DNA of 57,564 bases, the filler included, from Trypethelium eluteriae (Eukaryota), in the NCBI GenBank assembly GCA_051942245.1. It is 2 parts of 2 records of this genome, joined end to end, with 100 filler letters (N's around TTAATTAATTAA, not from the genome) between each part and the next. Parts side by side here need not be neighbours in the genome. Positions count along the whole stretch, not along the records: positions 1 to 28,748 come from JAVECL010000302.1; 1 more part is not named here. One strand, written 5' to 3'. Below, in pieces: positions 12,172 through 26,120 of the stretch. Below the pieces are notes generated by a model, which was not told the origin of the DNA, did no database searches, and was given only the letters and a program-made list of their open reading frames with translations. The position numbers and the translations under genes are program-made. Position 1 is the first letter of the stretch; every line of letters starts with the position of its first letter.

Positions 12172-15100
12172 AGTAGAGCGAGCATGTCTGTCAGTGGAGG
12201 TGGTCTGTTGGAAGTGGTCGGGGAAGTAAGCGGTGATGAAATCGATGATGATGATGCATCTTGTTAAGTATGACTTTTGATCATAAGCGTGGATAATCTC
12301 TGTGCAGGGGTACATAGGCGTAATGAGGAGCTGGCCAGACCTATAGACTTACGCTATTCGCTTGATCGGTGCACATAGCAACGCACTGTCAATTTATGCC
12401 TTTCTAGAGTTCAATTAAGTCTCATCCAAGTAGTTTGAATAAGGCGGCAAATCATTGGCTTGGTTACATTGCAGTGGAGCGTGCAAATTTTCAGCCATAG
12501 TGAACACTTTTGTGCCAAAAGGAAAAGACAAATGCCTTTGTGATGAAATGATACCTCGTCTTTCCTGACAATTTGCAGACATAATTGAATATGGACTAAC
12601 AGCGGTGAGCCTTGCGCAAGTTCAACACTAGTGCGTCTTCATTTTCATCTCAGTAGACTCATCCTCTACTGTAGAAAGCCCGATTCGGTTGAAAGACTCT
12701 TTAAGATATAGTTGATACCCGAGCCCTGCGTAAGAGCTGGCAACCTACCTAAGGTAGGTACCTAGTCAGCATGAGACGTGCTACTGAACTACCTTAGGTA
12801 CCCAAAACCATTCAGCTCTGAGAGGTTGTACGTCAGCCAATCAGAGCTTCATAGTCCAAGTTTACTACATTCTTCAGTCTGAGCGATACCTGTTAGAGAT
12901 TTGCGCCAGGTCGAAAAGGTTTGTTTGAGAGATTCATCCTCTCTCGTCGTAGGTATCGAATTTTGACATATCAACGTCAGCGTGTTAACACAAATCTGGC
13001 ACTAATCGCTTCATGAGAGGTACCCGATGAACAAGCAGGACGCGACAAAAATCAGGTGCTCATTTTTAGGGGTTGCCAAATAGCTGCGTACTGTGTGGCA
13101 TCAAGCCCAAATCAAAAGACAATCAAGGAGCAACCAACTTCTACATACACGCTCTCATTTATGGATCCTCACACTGATTGGTAGCTTCTAAATTTTGATT
13201 GCGGTGCCTGCGCCTTTATTTCGTCCCAATAAAAATAAACGTCTAGATCCTGAAGAGCAAGCCGTCACGCTTCGTCTGATTACCTATCAGTCACGCCAGT
13301 AAGGTATACTTCCTGGGAATGGAGTTAATATGGACAGGGATTGAAACGGTTGGCATTGCACCCGACGCGGCCTAGCGTCCCATGTAGAAGTGATCTACTC
13401 CTCTCAACCGTCTTTCTCACCTTGTGAAACGCAAGACGATAGCCAAAGATGAATCTGGCAGCAGCAACACCCTTACCCCGACCGAGCTTCTCCGATGCTT
13501 CTGAGCCTGAACAAGGGGTTCTTGATAGAACCAGGCTCGTACGCGAAGGAAGCCTACATCCTCGATCTGTCTGGTTCTGCAGTGGCACGGTTATCGTAGG
13601 TCGAGCTTTGGGATGGCAATGCGCAGTTCAACGCGGGGGCTGAGGAGAAGGTCATGGGAAAGTCTGGGAGAGGGCTGATGGCCGGACCTGTCAATGGCGG
13701 CTGAACGGAGACTTATGTAGAGGACTGGGGTTTTGTCTGCATTGCCTCTGGCACCCACCAAACCAATGCGTTTCGTCTTGCTCATCCTATAGTACAGTGG
13801 ATACTCTTAGCAACGGCCCGGCTGCAGCTCACCTTTTGCGTGTACAATGGATCGTGCATGGAAGAGTGCCGAGACGATCGCAACGTCGCAGATACATATT
13901 CCCGGAGACCTGGACCCTCTCGCAGCTCCATCTTTCGGTACGCTTGATGGACGAGATACCCGTCAGCAGCTCGCCATTTGCGGGTGTAGTGATCTGGAAT
14001 GCTGATAACGTTCGACTCATGTTCAAAGCCGCGCGAAGGTATTCTATCATTGCCGGCGCTACGATCTGTCACACATCCACCTCACTTCGCAACACAGTCC
14101 ACTCATCGACCACGACCCATAACCATCTTGTGTCGTCTCATTCGTTCCTTTTTCATCTTTCTTGGAAGGTCAGGTATTGCCAGTTCCCGTCATGCCATTA
14201 TTGACCATGTCTTAGACTCTTTCCGCCTCAGTGAGCGCACCAAGGTTACATCTGTTACACACATGGGCGTCGGGCGACAATGCGGGTACTTGCATTCGAC
14301 AATTATGTACACCAGACCATTCAAAGGGCGCGCGTCGTTGAGGAATCCTTGGAAGGCTAAAAGTCGTGGTTACGACGCACGAATTGCCGCCATGTCTCTC
14401 CCATATTGTTTGTTGGCCAAGTTCTATCACTGCTGCTTAGCGAGGATCATCCTGTCTCAGTGCTTGACTAGCCGAATGCAAGCTTCCACGAGTCCTTAGG
14501 GGGGGAACACTATCCCACGGCTCTGAGCCTGGTTCAGGTGTTTAGCAGTCGAGGATGCGCCTAGTGCCGGTTTGATGTCGCTAGTGACGAAGTGCAGCTG
14601 TCGCCTAAAATTTGTGAGCTCTGGTTGCAGACGGGCGGCTTCTTGGAATTCAGGTACTCTCCGTTAGAAGCTCAGAAAGGTGAAATGAATAGCAACTATT
14701 GCTTTCTCTGCTCACGGCTAGAGCCAAACACGAGATACGGATGTCGGCCACCCACGATCGAGGGCGTTGCACAGCAGGTCGCTCAGCCCTTCTGGATCAC
14801 AAACATATACAATCTCCATTAGAATCGAAAGGATGGTACATCTGTGGGATAGCTTAATTTGGCGGGTCCGGACCCAGCTTCTGCATCCGTTCCGCTGCAC
14901 AGACGTTTGACGTCAATCGCGCTTGCTCAGCGGTCCATGGATAGAGCTCTGTCAAGGACCTGCACGCCCTCTGCACCAGTCACTCCAGCATGACTTTGGC
15001 AGGCTGGCGACGCGTGATCCAGAGGAGCCCTCTGACAGACGTTGGGAACCAAACAAGCGGCGCTTGGCCTTAGGCCATCCCTGGCTCCTGACGCCATGAT

Positions 15101-16421
15101 TCTGCAGTAGTCCAATTGCTTCGGAATAGGAACAAGCATTCAAAAGACCCAGAAGTCGAGTGTCTGTGACCGCGAACAAAAATTGCCGTCTCACAAGCAA
15201 TGTAGTTGCAATTGCTTGTCACTTTGTTCCGAGCGTACTGCATGCCATTGAGTTTCAGGTAAGGGCACGTCGTCGAACCTGGGAGCCATGATGTATCCAT
15301 GAAAAGATTGTGATGCAGATGCCCTCTCGTGGGTCACCTGGGCAGTCGAAGTGGAACGGTTTGGGGTTGAAAAGGCGGCAACGGCCCTGGATGTCGTCTC
15401 GGTCAGAATGCAGCAACAGCCTCCTTCAGCGAATATCGATACTTTGAACCATCCGTACCTTGACGCCATTGTTATTGCCTCTTGTTCACTGTGTTGAGTG
15501 CCGAGTTCCATCCAGCAGAATTAGTAACGACGTCCGACCCCGTAGGCGCCATTGTTGAGGTCCATCGTTGCTCCTGCCCGAAACCGCCAAAACTCCCTCG
15601 AAACCGCCTTCCAAGATTGGGTGAGCATCCGCTCTGGAGAGAAGCTAAGAGGGAGAGCAGCGAGAACTTGCCTTCGAGAAGGCGCAGCTCCTGCGGATTG
15701 AGCCGTATCGCAGTCTCATCCCCGCCGAGCGCCTTCTCCATCCTCCTAGGCCCCTTCGAATCGAAGCGACGCCCAACCATCCGCCGTATTGAATATCTCC
15801 TGCTTGGCTCTTCCATCATCTCTTTCTTCTACTCATAGTGCACTCCACTTCTTCCACCACCACATCTTGGTAGCAGATTCTCTTGCATCCGCTCAGAACG
15901 CAACATTCTTTGTAGCTTCTGCTTGCTCCACGCCAAAACTTGCTTCATCGTTTCCCATCCTGCATTGCAGCCCTAACAAAGGCTCAGCAACATCTACACA
16001 TCTTCTCCTTGCTTCGACTTCAGGTAAGAGAAGACTTGCCCCTGTTCCGAAACTCGTTGATGGCAGATCATGGGGGTTGATGTTGACTTCAATGTCATGG
16101 GCAGGGGGAACCCCCCTATTCACTTTCAACCACCAAATAACCGATGACTTCATGCTAACACACGACACTCACAGGTCAACCTTGCTCCGAGCTCAGTTAG
16201 CGCGTAGCTGACCCCCACGCCCATCAAATGTTCGTTCACTTTCTGAGCTTTGCCTCCCTCTTCTCTCCTACCCCACCGTGCTTCTTTGCTCTCTCTGGGA
16301 CTTCTGTCACAGCAAAGACTGCATATTATCGAGACTATCTCTACCTGAGCAGCATCTACAGAGCACTTCCCTTCGAATATCATCCATTTGTACTATAGTT
16401 GTCATATTCACCCTTTGAATC

Positions 16422-18572
16422 ATGGCTCGAATCGTATCTGCACAAGGCTCTCCCATGAGGATCGAAAACCATCGTTTCCCTCATGGTTCAACTACTAATC
16501 TGCAACAAGTCCCCCGTATCCTTGGGAGAAACCACATGGCAACGATTCACGAGCGCCAAGGCAATTTCGGTGGCTTCCAGCCTGCTGCGTACGGCAGCCA
16601 GCAGAACCACTTCTCTTCGGCCGACCAAGCACCCCGCGCTCCAGGATATCTTCACCCCAACATGCAGATGGCTCCGCAGCACACTGCGAGTGGCGCAATG
16701 GCGACTCTGACTCAGGGGTTGGGTGCTCTCAATCTTCAGCAGGCGTCGTTCGCTCACTCGAAGCCTAGCCCTCATCTTCCAAGCACTTCCTCTGCGTACG
16801 GCGGTGTTCCAGTCGGCCAGCACCAGCCCGCATCACTCTACGGAACTGGTCAATACTTGTACGCTGGCAACTACATGAATCACGGCGCGACGCAGCCACA
16901 TACCACGATGCAACAGAGCTCTGCTATGTATTCACCCGTTCCTCCCCAGTACATGGCCCAGCCGATCTATCAGGCCTATCATCAGCACATGAACAATCAT
17001 AGCCCGCTGTCTCAAAATTGGTCTTCTCGCGCGCCTTCTGGAGATATTCCATCACTGGTCACTCCTCGTCGTGATTCGGTCTCATCCAATGAGCAGGATC
17101 AACCAGGAACTCCGTACACCAGCACCACCGGTTACGGATCAGGCATTGCCGTTGTCGATCGTACCCCTCCAGATATGTACGGTCAACACACTCCTTCACC
17201 AACCCAACTTGCCGGACTCTACGTTCCCCCCCAAAGCATCAAAGCCCAACATGTGGTGAGTAGCCCGCCAGCTGCCATCCTGGCACTGTTGGTGAAGGAC
17301 CCGCCTATCCCCAAGGCGATCCCCGCTCCGAGTTCACCTTTGAAGCCGCTTGACCGTGCCCTACAGAACCCTGGCGGTGAGACTAATGTGTATATCCGTG
17401 GTCTACAGCCCGAGACTACTGATGAAATTCTTCACGCTTGGGGCTCACGCTTCGGCGACATCAAGAGCTCCAAATCGATCATCGAGCACAGCACTGGCCT
17501 TTGCAAGGGGTATGTTTGGACTGCCGAGATATCGGACTTTGAGCTGACAACACTAGCTTTGGCTTCATCAAGTATCATAACTACGAGGATGCTAGCATGT
17601 GCATTCGTGGCTTTCATCATCTGGGCTATGAAGTTAGCTTTGCAAGGGTATGTTATCTTCCGAACTCTCCGTCATCTAGGCCTTCGCTGATAAAGAAAAG
17701 GAATCTTTCTATGCCAAGCTTAAGAAATTCGCCGACGAAACCAACACGAATCTCTATGTTTCAAACCTTCCACGCAGCATGAACGAGCACGTGAGTGGAG
17801 CAAGCTGTTTTTCTGTAGAATAGGGCTGACTATCAGCAGGAGCTGAGTGCTATCTTCAATCCGCACAAGGTTTGCTCTAGTCGCATCCTCAGAGATCCCA
17901 ATGGCAATGGTCGTGGTGTTGGTTTCGCCAGGTATGTATGGCAAGTCTCGCATCAGTGCTTTCATCTGACACCTTACTCAGATTTGAGACTCGCGATGTC
18001 TGCGAAGAGATCATCAAGAGCTACAATAACACTCCTGTCTCGAAACCTAGTGAGGAAGAGCACTCCATTCAGATCCGTTATGCCGATACCGAACAGCAAA
18101 AGTGGCTCAAGCAACAGACTGCCGCCGCTCGTCAGTTTCGCACCGCGGAATACGAATACGCCACTGCCAACCGTCGTTGGATGCCGGCTGCTACTCGCCT
18201 TGATGGTACTACTAACCCAGCTATTTCGACTACATCGGGCAATGAACTTGAGAGCTATTTGGCCGCCACTACTGGGTAAGTGACAGATCCCCACCATCAA
18301 AGATCCCAACTAACCTTTGTTGCAGAGCGTCTGGACCTCGTTACGTTCCTCCTCCCTTCCGTCAGCAGATGCCAACTCGCCAGCCACTCTCTACAATCCA
18401 CTCTCAGCAGGCCATGCCATCTGTTCAGCAAACCAAAATCAAGGCCGAACCTGGTAACGAGCAAAATGTCCCTGTCGATATTGGGACCGAGAACAAGTCT
18501 GGTCTTAAAGACGCGGCGATCGCTCATGGGGACAGCCGTTCCAACTCTGATGGATCCGAGGGTACCGATTAG
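16422..18572 (+). CDS. Two-RRM RNA-binding protein, Spo5 (S. pombe meiotic RBP)/MSSP-RBMS-like, with a long Q/P/S/Y-rich low-complexity N-terminus
   Basis: Exons 16422-17509, 17557-17647, 17701-17790, 17837 or 17840-17931, 17982-18275, 18326-18572. RRM1: TNVYIRGL...LCKGFGFIKY...GYEVSFAR. Linker ESFYAKL. RRM2: TNLYVSNLP...RILRD...GRGVGFARFE...IQIRYADT. This matches the Spo5 RRM pattern as I recall it. Confidence 0.88.
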
Positions 18573-21500
18573 GACAGTCGTGGTACTGGATTTGATCTCC
18601 AACTATCTGCAAGTCTGATTGTTCACGCAAACAGTCAATACAGTCACATGGATGATCAAACATTGCATCTCTACATGCTGCATCTTTCTCTTTCTGTCAT
18701 CATTTGCGTATCATGATGTAATCTTCTATCTTCACCTTCACCACACTTTACTGCTGTTAATACCCCAGTCACACATACAACGTGTCCTCTTCCAACAGTT
18801 CTCTAGAAACAAAGATCTCGCGCTCTCACGAGCACATGGACGGCACGGAACCCACGATGCGATGAGATCATGCTGGCGGCCCTTTGTCTCAAAAGTTTGC
18901 AACATGCTTTCCATACCCCTCAGGCGATTTCGTCCGCTCTACACCACATGCACTTTTCATTACAAGAAACACTACACGAAACTAAGAAAAAAATTGAGAG
19001 AGGTGTTGCTGGCTTTGTTTTTCCAATGTTGTTTTCCTTTGCGTGTTCATGCTGGTAGGAATGTTGACTGTGCTTTGACATCATATCACTGAAATTCAAG
19101 AATTCAACCCAGAAAAAAAAAAGAAAAGAAGAGAAAAAAAGAAGAATGTTGCTTGGCGGAGATGGGATGATCAGAGTAGTTGGCGATGAAGGGTGAATTG
19201 GGAGGGAATTGAACTCACTGGGAAAGATTCACTTGATCCGGCACACTTCATGGGAATCAATGGAAATGACTGGGAGAGGAAAGAACTCCTCTAAGTGACC
19301 ATCGACATCGGGGCGGAAATGGGACAGACGATAGCGATCCTTCTTTTCTCTTCTTTCTCTCTCTTTAATCTGGTATGGAGGTTTTATGGGATTCGATAGG
19401 TATTGAGGATGGTGATACTTGCTTGGCAGACATAATAATTAGGTAGCAAATCGACAATGTGTTGACGTTGTGCCTTTGAGAATTCTTTGAGTGCAGACAT
19501 CTACTGTGCTAACACGCGGCTTTGTAGCCCGAGAACGAGTGCAACAACACATCTAATGTCTAAGTTATAGAGTTCCTGCCTCAATTTTCGATCCACGGCG
19601 TTACACTTTGATATCGTACATCAGTTCGCTGTGGAACATTCATGTGGCGACTTTATTGTGCTTGGTCCACTCCATGACAAAGTTCCGCTAAAGCATGCGG
19701 TGTTGAAGACGTCGTGTATTTGGCTACCTTGTCGCCCTGTCTTGACCCCCCGCCATGAGTTGCCTGGAAGCTGACATCAGTACCTAAGACACTAGGTCGC
19801 ACAAGCCTTTGGAGCGAATGTCAGGAAGTTCATTGGTTAATTTGGTCCCGGTCATCGTATTGATCCAAAGTTTGTCTAGGTACCTTCCTCCACTCTACAG
19901 CACGCAAAGCGTTCAGCCTTGGTTTTCAACCCTGAATAATCTCTTCGAATTATTGCCTACCGGAAGACGAAATCTAGACTTGGGTACTTTGACTGCTGTC
20001 CATGACGTACTCCCTCCAGCAATACCTATTTATAGTCCGTGAGAACAAAGGCTGATTCGAACAAGAATAGAGTTAGGCTGCAGATTTCCTTAACTTTTCA
20101 ATGCTAGCTTTGCACAATCAAGAAGAGCCTCAGCAAAGTCTACCGTTCCGTGCACGCTACTAACAGGTCGGAATTTAGCCCCTGATACAACCGATCTTTG
20201 AACGATTCTTAACCTTGCCTTCACAAGTTATACCGTCCTTCTCATTCGGCCATCCCGATGAGAAACCTAGCTTCGTCCTCTCGCCCGCAATATGCAGCCC
20301 AGCCGTGTCTCAGACTGGAGTACCGTAATCTGCTACACCCAATCCCCCAATGCCTCAGCCTGGCTAAAAGTACAAGGACTGCACAAATATGAACATTCTA
20401 CAGACTCTTGCTTAGGCCGATGAGATGTCGCATAAACATGGAGGCATGCAAGAATGTGATAGAGCTGAGGAAGATCCAAGGGGTCTAGGATGACGATGAG
20501 AGGGTAGCGGCCATCGTGCGAGATGTGGAACAGAAGATCAACACAAGCATGATTTGGCATGCGTTTTCTTGGATCCCGAGATTTCGGTAGAAAGTAAAGA
20601 TCTTTTACCTGACCTGAAGCGACACGAGTCTTTTGCGAGATGTGGAGACATTTTGGCATTCACGCGCAACAAACTGCAGAGTAAGGTAAATCTTACACCT
20701 TTCTCTCATGCTAACTCGAAGGAAAGGTAGGAGGAGAACACTCCGCAGACCAGTGCGAAGGAAGGCCATTGCTCCAAATGATTGGCAATATCGTTTTCTA
20801 ATAGGCAACAGATGGCTTAAAGAAGTTGGAACAAAAGAAGCTCATCATACTGGTTCTACCAGTGGGTAAAGAACAAATTGACTCCAATCTCGTTTTTGCT
20901 AAAGGATACGAAACATGAGCATAAACTGATCAATCAATGTCATAGGTGCAATAAAACGGTATTCCTGGAGTCAGAGCTGTGCCTAAAGCAATTAAGACCA
21001 GCTCGCAAGGTTGAATCTTTGGCACGTGAATTGCTCTTTATTGTTGAGGTAAGAACATACCAGGCCCAATACGTGTATCTCGGGCACAAGATACACGATA
21101 GATCGCGCGCATTAGGCAGTAAGTGGGACCCCTAGCATACTGAGGCCTTCACTTCAGGCTTGATCAGACATACTACTTCAGATTTTTGGGCATCAGTAAC
21201 CGGATGCAACATCACAACAGGCAAACCTTGCTCCCTCGGGCTGGATTGGCTCTTCGGCTCAGATCTCGGTCCCATCGATCCTAAAACGCGAGCTTTCCGA
21301 GCACCTCATTTCCCAACATAGGCGCTTGATCGCCAATACGGACGATAGCTTGAGCAAAGAAGGAAAGCAAGATTGAAAATAAGAACCAGAAAGTTTATTG
21401 TTCGGATACGTGCAGCCTTTGGGGGTGAGACTAGGCAGGGGGGCTTTGGGAGGTGACTGGTACGGCACGACGGTGGGTAGAACCTTTTCGAACGTGTTAC

Positions 21501-22636
21501 CTAATGTAGCTGAATTGAATCGCTGGTACACCTTATGCGTGTCATACATGCCCTACCCTGCATAATGATACTGTGCAGCCTTCTGTACCCGGGTCTGCAC
21601 ATGCTGAGTCTGACCTGTGATACAAGAACTTAGCTGAAGAGACTTTCCGGAAGAGAGCTACTTGTCATGTCGTGTAATTTGAAGTTTAGGGTATCTCGGT
21701 TGATTAAGTGGCATATATTGATCGCTGCTTCACAAAGGGATGAACATGTCTGAATCCTTTCTGGTAGGAAATAGTCAAAACATAGGTGGTCAAAGAGCGA
21801 CTGGGGTGGCACTGACAGGACGAAAAGGAGCTGGAGTACGTCGGAAGATCTTTAATCCAGAACGAACAAAGCCTCCGATCTCCTTTTCCCCTTTCGTATA
21901 GGAGTCCTGTACGGAGTACAAGATATATACAAGCGGTCTCTACGACTGACGACTTGACCAATCCGCACCACTTCATTCAACGAGTGTACGATGGGACTGC
22001 AGACGAATCTGCTATGCGGAGCGCGGTGCAACATCGACACTTGCATACGGGGTGAATCTCCGCAAGATCTAGGGATCGGGCAACACCACGAGTGGTGACA
22101 TTGGGAGCTATGCCGCCGTTCTGCACCCAGCTGTAGGCCATTACCAAAGTTCTCATCGCCGTTGTTCAATCGTTATCTCATCTCAAACGATCTACCCGAG
22201 TTGATGACTATGGCCATCATGCAGGCTATAGAATGGGGTATGTCAGGGCCACCATCAAAACTCGTATGGGGTGTGCAAATATAGCGACGCTCTTCAGATG
22301 CTCTGCTGCAGTAGCAAAGGCCTTGGAGCGAGAGCTCATGACGGACAAAATGCACATCTTCCGGCTTTGGTCTGCGGAACGTGCCTGGTGCTTCTGGATG
22401 TTACTCTACGATCGAAATCGTAGGGAAAATCTACAACGTGATCCATGGGAAACGTACTGAAGATAAGATTCTTGTACAATGGTAGCATGACATGACATGA
22501 CGTGAGCTCCGACACAATTCGGGGAGGTCCTCAAAGCCTCCCTCTTAGCAACGCAAGTCCTTACGAACGCCAGTCCATATCGCTTGGACAAGGAACTCCC
22601 GTATGTGATACTCATCGGAGCCATTTCGTGGTTCCT

Positions 22637-25633
22637 CTAACTCATCTCTTCGAGAGCACAGTTTGGATGCATAACATACACCGTCCTTTCTTGCTCCAGT
22701 CCAGACCCTCCCTCGTCAGCCAGACCCTCACCTCGAATGGGCATCAGTATATTCTCCTATCGTCCTACGTCAGCAAATATTCTCAAACGCCAAAGTAGGA
22801 TGTGAGTCCGACTAACCTTGACCATTCGTTTCAAAACTTTCCTCGCTAACTTTCTTTCCTCTTCCAATGCCTCTTGGTTCTCCAACTCGTTCGCTTTTTG
22901 CTCCAAGTACCACATCAACAGCTCATCCTCCTCGACTCCATCTTCTGTAGCAGTAGCATCTGCATTCACGCGCTGCACCAGTTTGTTCACCACATTCATA
23001 TACCTATCCCACGTGATTTTTGTCTTCTCCCTCTGTGGTGGCGCAGGCGTTGCCGACACCCTTGGTGCGTCGCCATTAGACATAGGCGAGTCACCATCAC
23101 GGTCAGCTCCAGCAACGGCATCGTCTTCTCCGTCCTCTTGCTCTTGGTCATCGTCTTCAACTTCGACATCATCTTTATCCATCCGCACGATGCTCTGGCG
23201 AAGTAGACCCCACGCTTCTCTCACAAATGCCTCGGTGATCTCGTTCACACAATTTGCCTTGGCAATGGCTTCGCTCAAACGGATCATGCTTTCCAATTGC
23301 CGCACGGTGATTCTGTAGGAGTTTCTACCAACGCCACCCTGCGCATCATCTGCTCGCAACTCCTTGTAGTAGTGCACTAGCGCCCTCTTCGCTTCGGGTG
23401 TGAACTCGGGCGTGAACGTTCTCGCAAACCGAATGTATCTCTGCAGCTGCTCCGTGGAAAATTCCGGCTGGATGGCCTCATCCTTATTTGCGTGAACATT
23501 CACAATGTGGCTGGCAAGATAACGATCGATATCCTCATCGCACTCATCAAGTACAACGAAAAACAAATCGAACCGTGACATGATCGGCGCACTCATATTC
23601 ACATTCGCCCTCAACGTCGTCTTCCGGTTATATCTCCCCCCGACCGGATTCGCCGCTGCAAGAATCGATGTTCGCGCATTGAGCGTGGCCTGGATGCCCG
23701 CCTTGGCGATCGAAATCGTCTGCTGCTCCATGGCCTCATGGATGGCAACCTGATCGGCGATATCCATCTTATCGAACTCGTCGATGGCGCAGATGCCGTT
23801 GTCGGCGAGCATGAGGGCTCCCGCCTCGATGGTGAACTCACCCGTCTCCTCGTCCTTAACCACCGCCGCCGTGAGACCTGCCGCTGAGGATGCTTTTCCT
23901 GAGGTGTAGACGGCGCGGGGGAGAAAGGAGCAGATGTACTTGAGGAATTGGGACTTGGAGGTACTGGGATCGCCCACAATGCAGATGTTGATGTCACCTC
24001 GGAGGGCCATGCCTTCGGGTGTGGTTTTGGAGACACCGCCCATGAGTTGGAGAAGTAAGCCTTTCTTGATGACTTGGTGGCCGTAGACGGTAGGGGCGAG
24101 AGAGTCGACTAGCCGCATGAAAATGTTGGGTTTGTGGACCATTTGGCGGAGGTCTTCGATCTCGGCTTGGGAAAGGGTGGAGAGATATTCGGACTGGGCT
24201 TCTTCGCCCGTGAGTGAGGATTCGGAAGGGGCGATCTGGTTCAGAGAAGCGAGAATATTGTTGGACTGTCCATTCAGTGTTTGCGCCGAGGAGCTGCTGA
24301 TACCCGGGGTTGAGAAGTCGGGGGTAATCATGGAGGCAAGAAAGGCCATACGGTAGGTCAAATCGCGTACACCAAGCGCCTTCAGACCACTAACACCGCT
24401 CCCTCCGACATCTGATCCTCGAGGTGCACCGCTGTTATCCCTCGTAGCCTGTGCGCGTACACCAGGGACTCGGAATTGAGATATGTCTGGGACGACGATA
24501 AGGGTCCCGGTGAAGATGCATTTCTCGCCTGCCTTGGCGCGATCTACGATTTCACCTCGGAGAATGACATCCAGCGTGCGTGGCATTGAACCTGTGGGGA
24601 TCTCACTGCTATTTTCTTGTATCCGAACCTTTTGCCAATCGACGAAGGTGCTCTGTCTGATGTCAAGCCGCCAGCCAGTGCGATTACCGCATGTCAAGTT
24701 CGGGCATTGTGTGGGTTCGCTGTATCGGAATATTTGCTCTACGTTCGGTACTGTAGTATTGCAGCCTTCACAAATGAAAGTCGCCAAGGAAAGCTCAGGT
24801 CGAACCTCAGAAGTCCGTGTTACAGTGCCCGAGATGGAAAGAAGGCCCCCAATGGCTGCTGTTCGGAGTTGGCGGATGCGGGAGACTTGAGAGAGATTGT
24901 AAAAAGCCAGTGTGAAGATCTTGTCAGTCTGCTGGTTTGTCGTCTTATCCGACAGAGATTCTGCTTGCGAATCTCCATTAGCGGCCACAGAGGAATTGGC
25001 CACGGAAGAAGTCGACCCTGGTTGTCGATGTTCACGAAAGTATTGTGGCTCGTATCTCTGGATGAGGTTATGTAGGGCTTTGGTCATGAAAGGTAGGAAA
25101 CGATAGTATTCGCTCGCGATAGCACTGGCGAGAACGCCATCTTCGTAGGCAAGGAGGTGTCGAAAATCCACATAAAGCGTGGAGAGGTTGTACATGCGTA
25201 AGCCATGGATCTGGGCAACGTAATACTTATTTGTCGTTACAGCACTAGATGATGGGGGCCCTGATGATGGCGCATCGACAATGTAGCTGAATTGAATTAG
25301 CGTTATCGTGATAGGGAAAATAGATTGCGTTTCTTACGTATCTAGGAAATCCTCGAAGCGCTGTGATAGAGTTTCTCCTGTCAAGTCGACAACCCGAGGA
25401 ATATCGGTCCTTGGTCCTGCTGTTGGCCGTCGGGTTGTTCCTCGAAGACCTACAACTTCATCATCTGGAAAACCTAACTCACTTGGAGCGGCGGCGCTTT
25501 CTGAAGGGGGTCCCCTTGGTCTGGAGGAGGAGCGAAAACTTTGCGGTCGTGGAGTAGCCCCGTCGCTTCTCTGTGCGGGGGTAGCATGATCGAGGCCGTC
25601 GGAGGTTATTATCGAGTCTAATAAGGAAGACAT
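22637..25633 (-). CDS. MCM6: DNA replication licensing factor MCM6
   Basis: Exons 25633-25338, 25286-22817, 22756-22637. Zn finger CEGC...CPNLTC, Walker A VGDPSTSKSQFL, IDEFDKM, arginine finger IMSRFDL, ITVRQLESMIRLSEA, and MCM6 C-terminal VYVMHPN. Confidence 0.97.
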
Positions 25634-25717
25634 GGTAGCGCGACGAAGGTGGAATTGATGAGATCAGAGAGGAAGACTTCAAGTCAAGAAGTGCAAGCGG
25701 CAGTCTCATCGAGGGGC

Positions 25718-25742
25718 ACGCGTCGAGTCGCGTCGGACGCGC
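25718..25742. promoter_or_regulatory. Cluster of MCB (MluI cell-cycle box)-like CGCG elements upstream of MCM6
   Basis: ACGCGT at 25718-25723, TCGCGT at 25728-25733, ACGCGC at 25737-25742, 85-110 nt upstream of the MCM6 ATG; typical of fungal G1/S replication genes. Confidence 0.65.
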
Positions 25743-26120
25743 TTGTGCACTAACCATGTCGTTCAGGCAATTAGACTTCCTTTCCAGGAAAAGTCGTCTT
25801 CAGCCACATTAGTCTAAGCCACAGCAAGGCGCATCAAGCGTTGTGAACATTCATCGCAATCTCGCCCGCCCTTGCTCGTGTGAGGTGCCAAAACAGATGC
25901 ACAAACACACCCACTCCACTAATTCGTCCAGCCAGGCCCACCAGTGAGGCCTGCACAGAGCGACCTGTCTTCACGCTTCTACTCTAGTTTATGCACGTTA
26001 CAGACACGTTTGTCCTATTACTTTTACATTTGCAATTTGGACGTCACAGCTGCTACATCCGGTACAATATAGCTTTCCACCCTCCCTTTATGACCTGACC
26101 GCACCACGACAGCCGCGATC

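Noticed and set aside
13325..16383. Cluster of short overlapping ORFs upstream of the RRM gene
   Set aside because: Present on both strands, compositionally random, with no domains or consistent splice model; better explained as promoter/5' leader.
19809..22620. Possible decayed gene (e.g. DDERVAAIVRDVEQKINTSMIWHAFSW near 20490-20590, repeated gcgagatgtgga)
   Set aside because: Multiple stops and no family I can recognise; a translated homology search would be needed to call a pseudogene.
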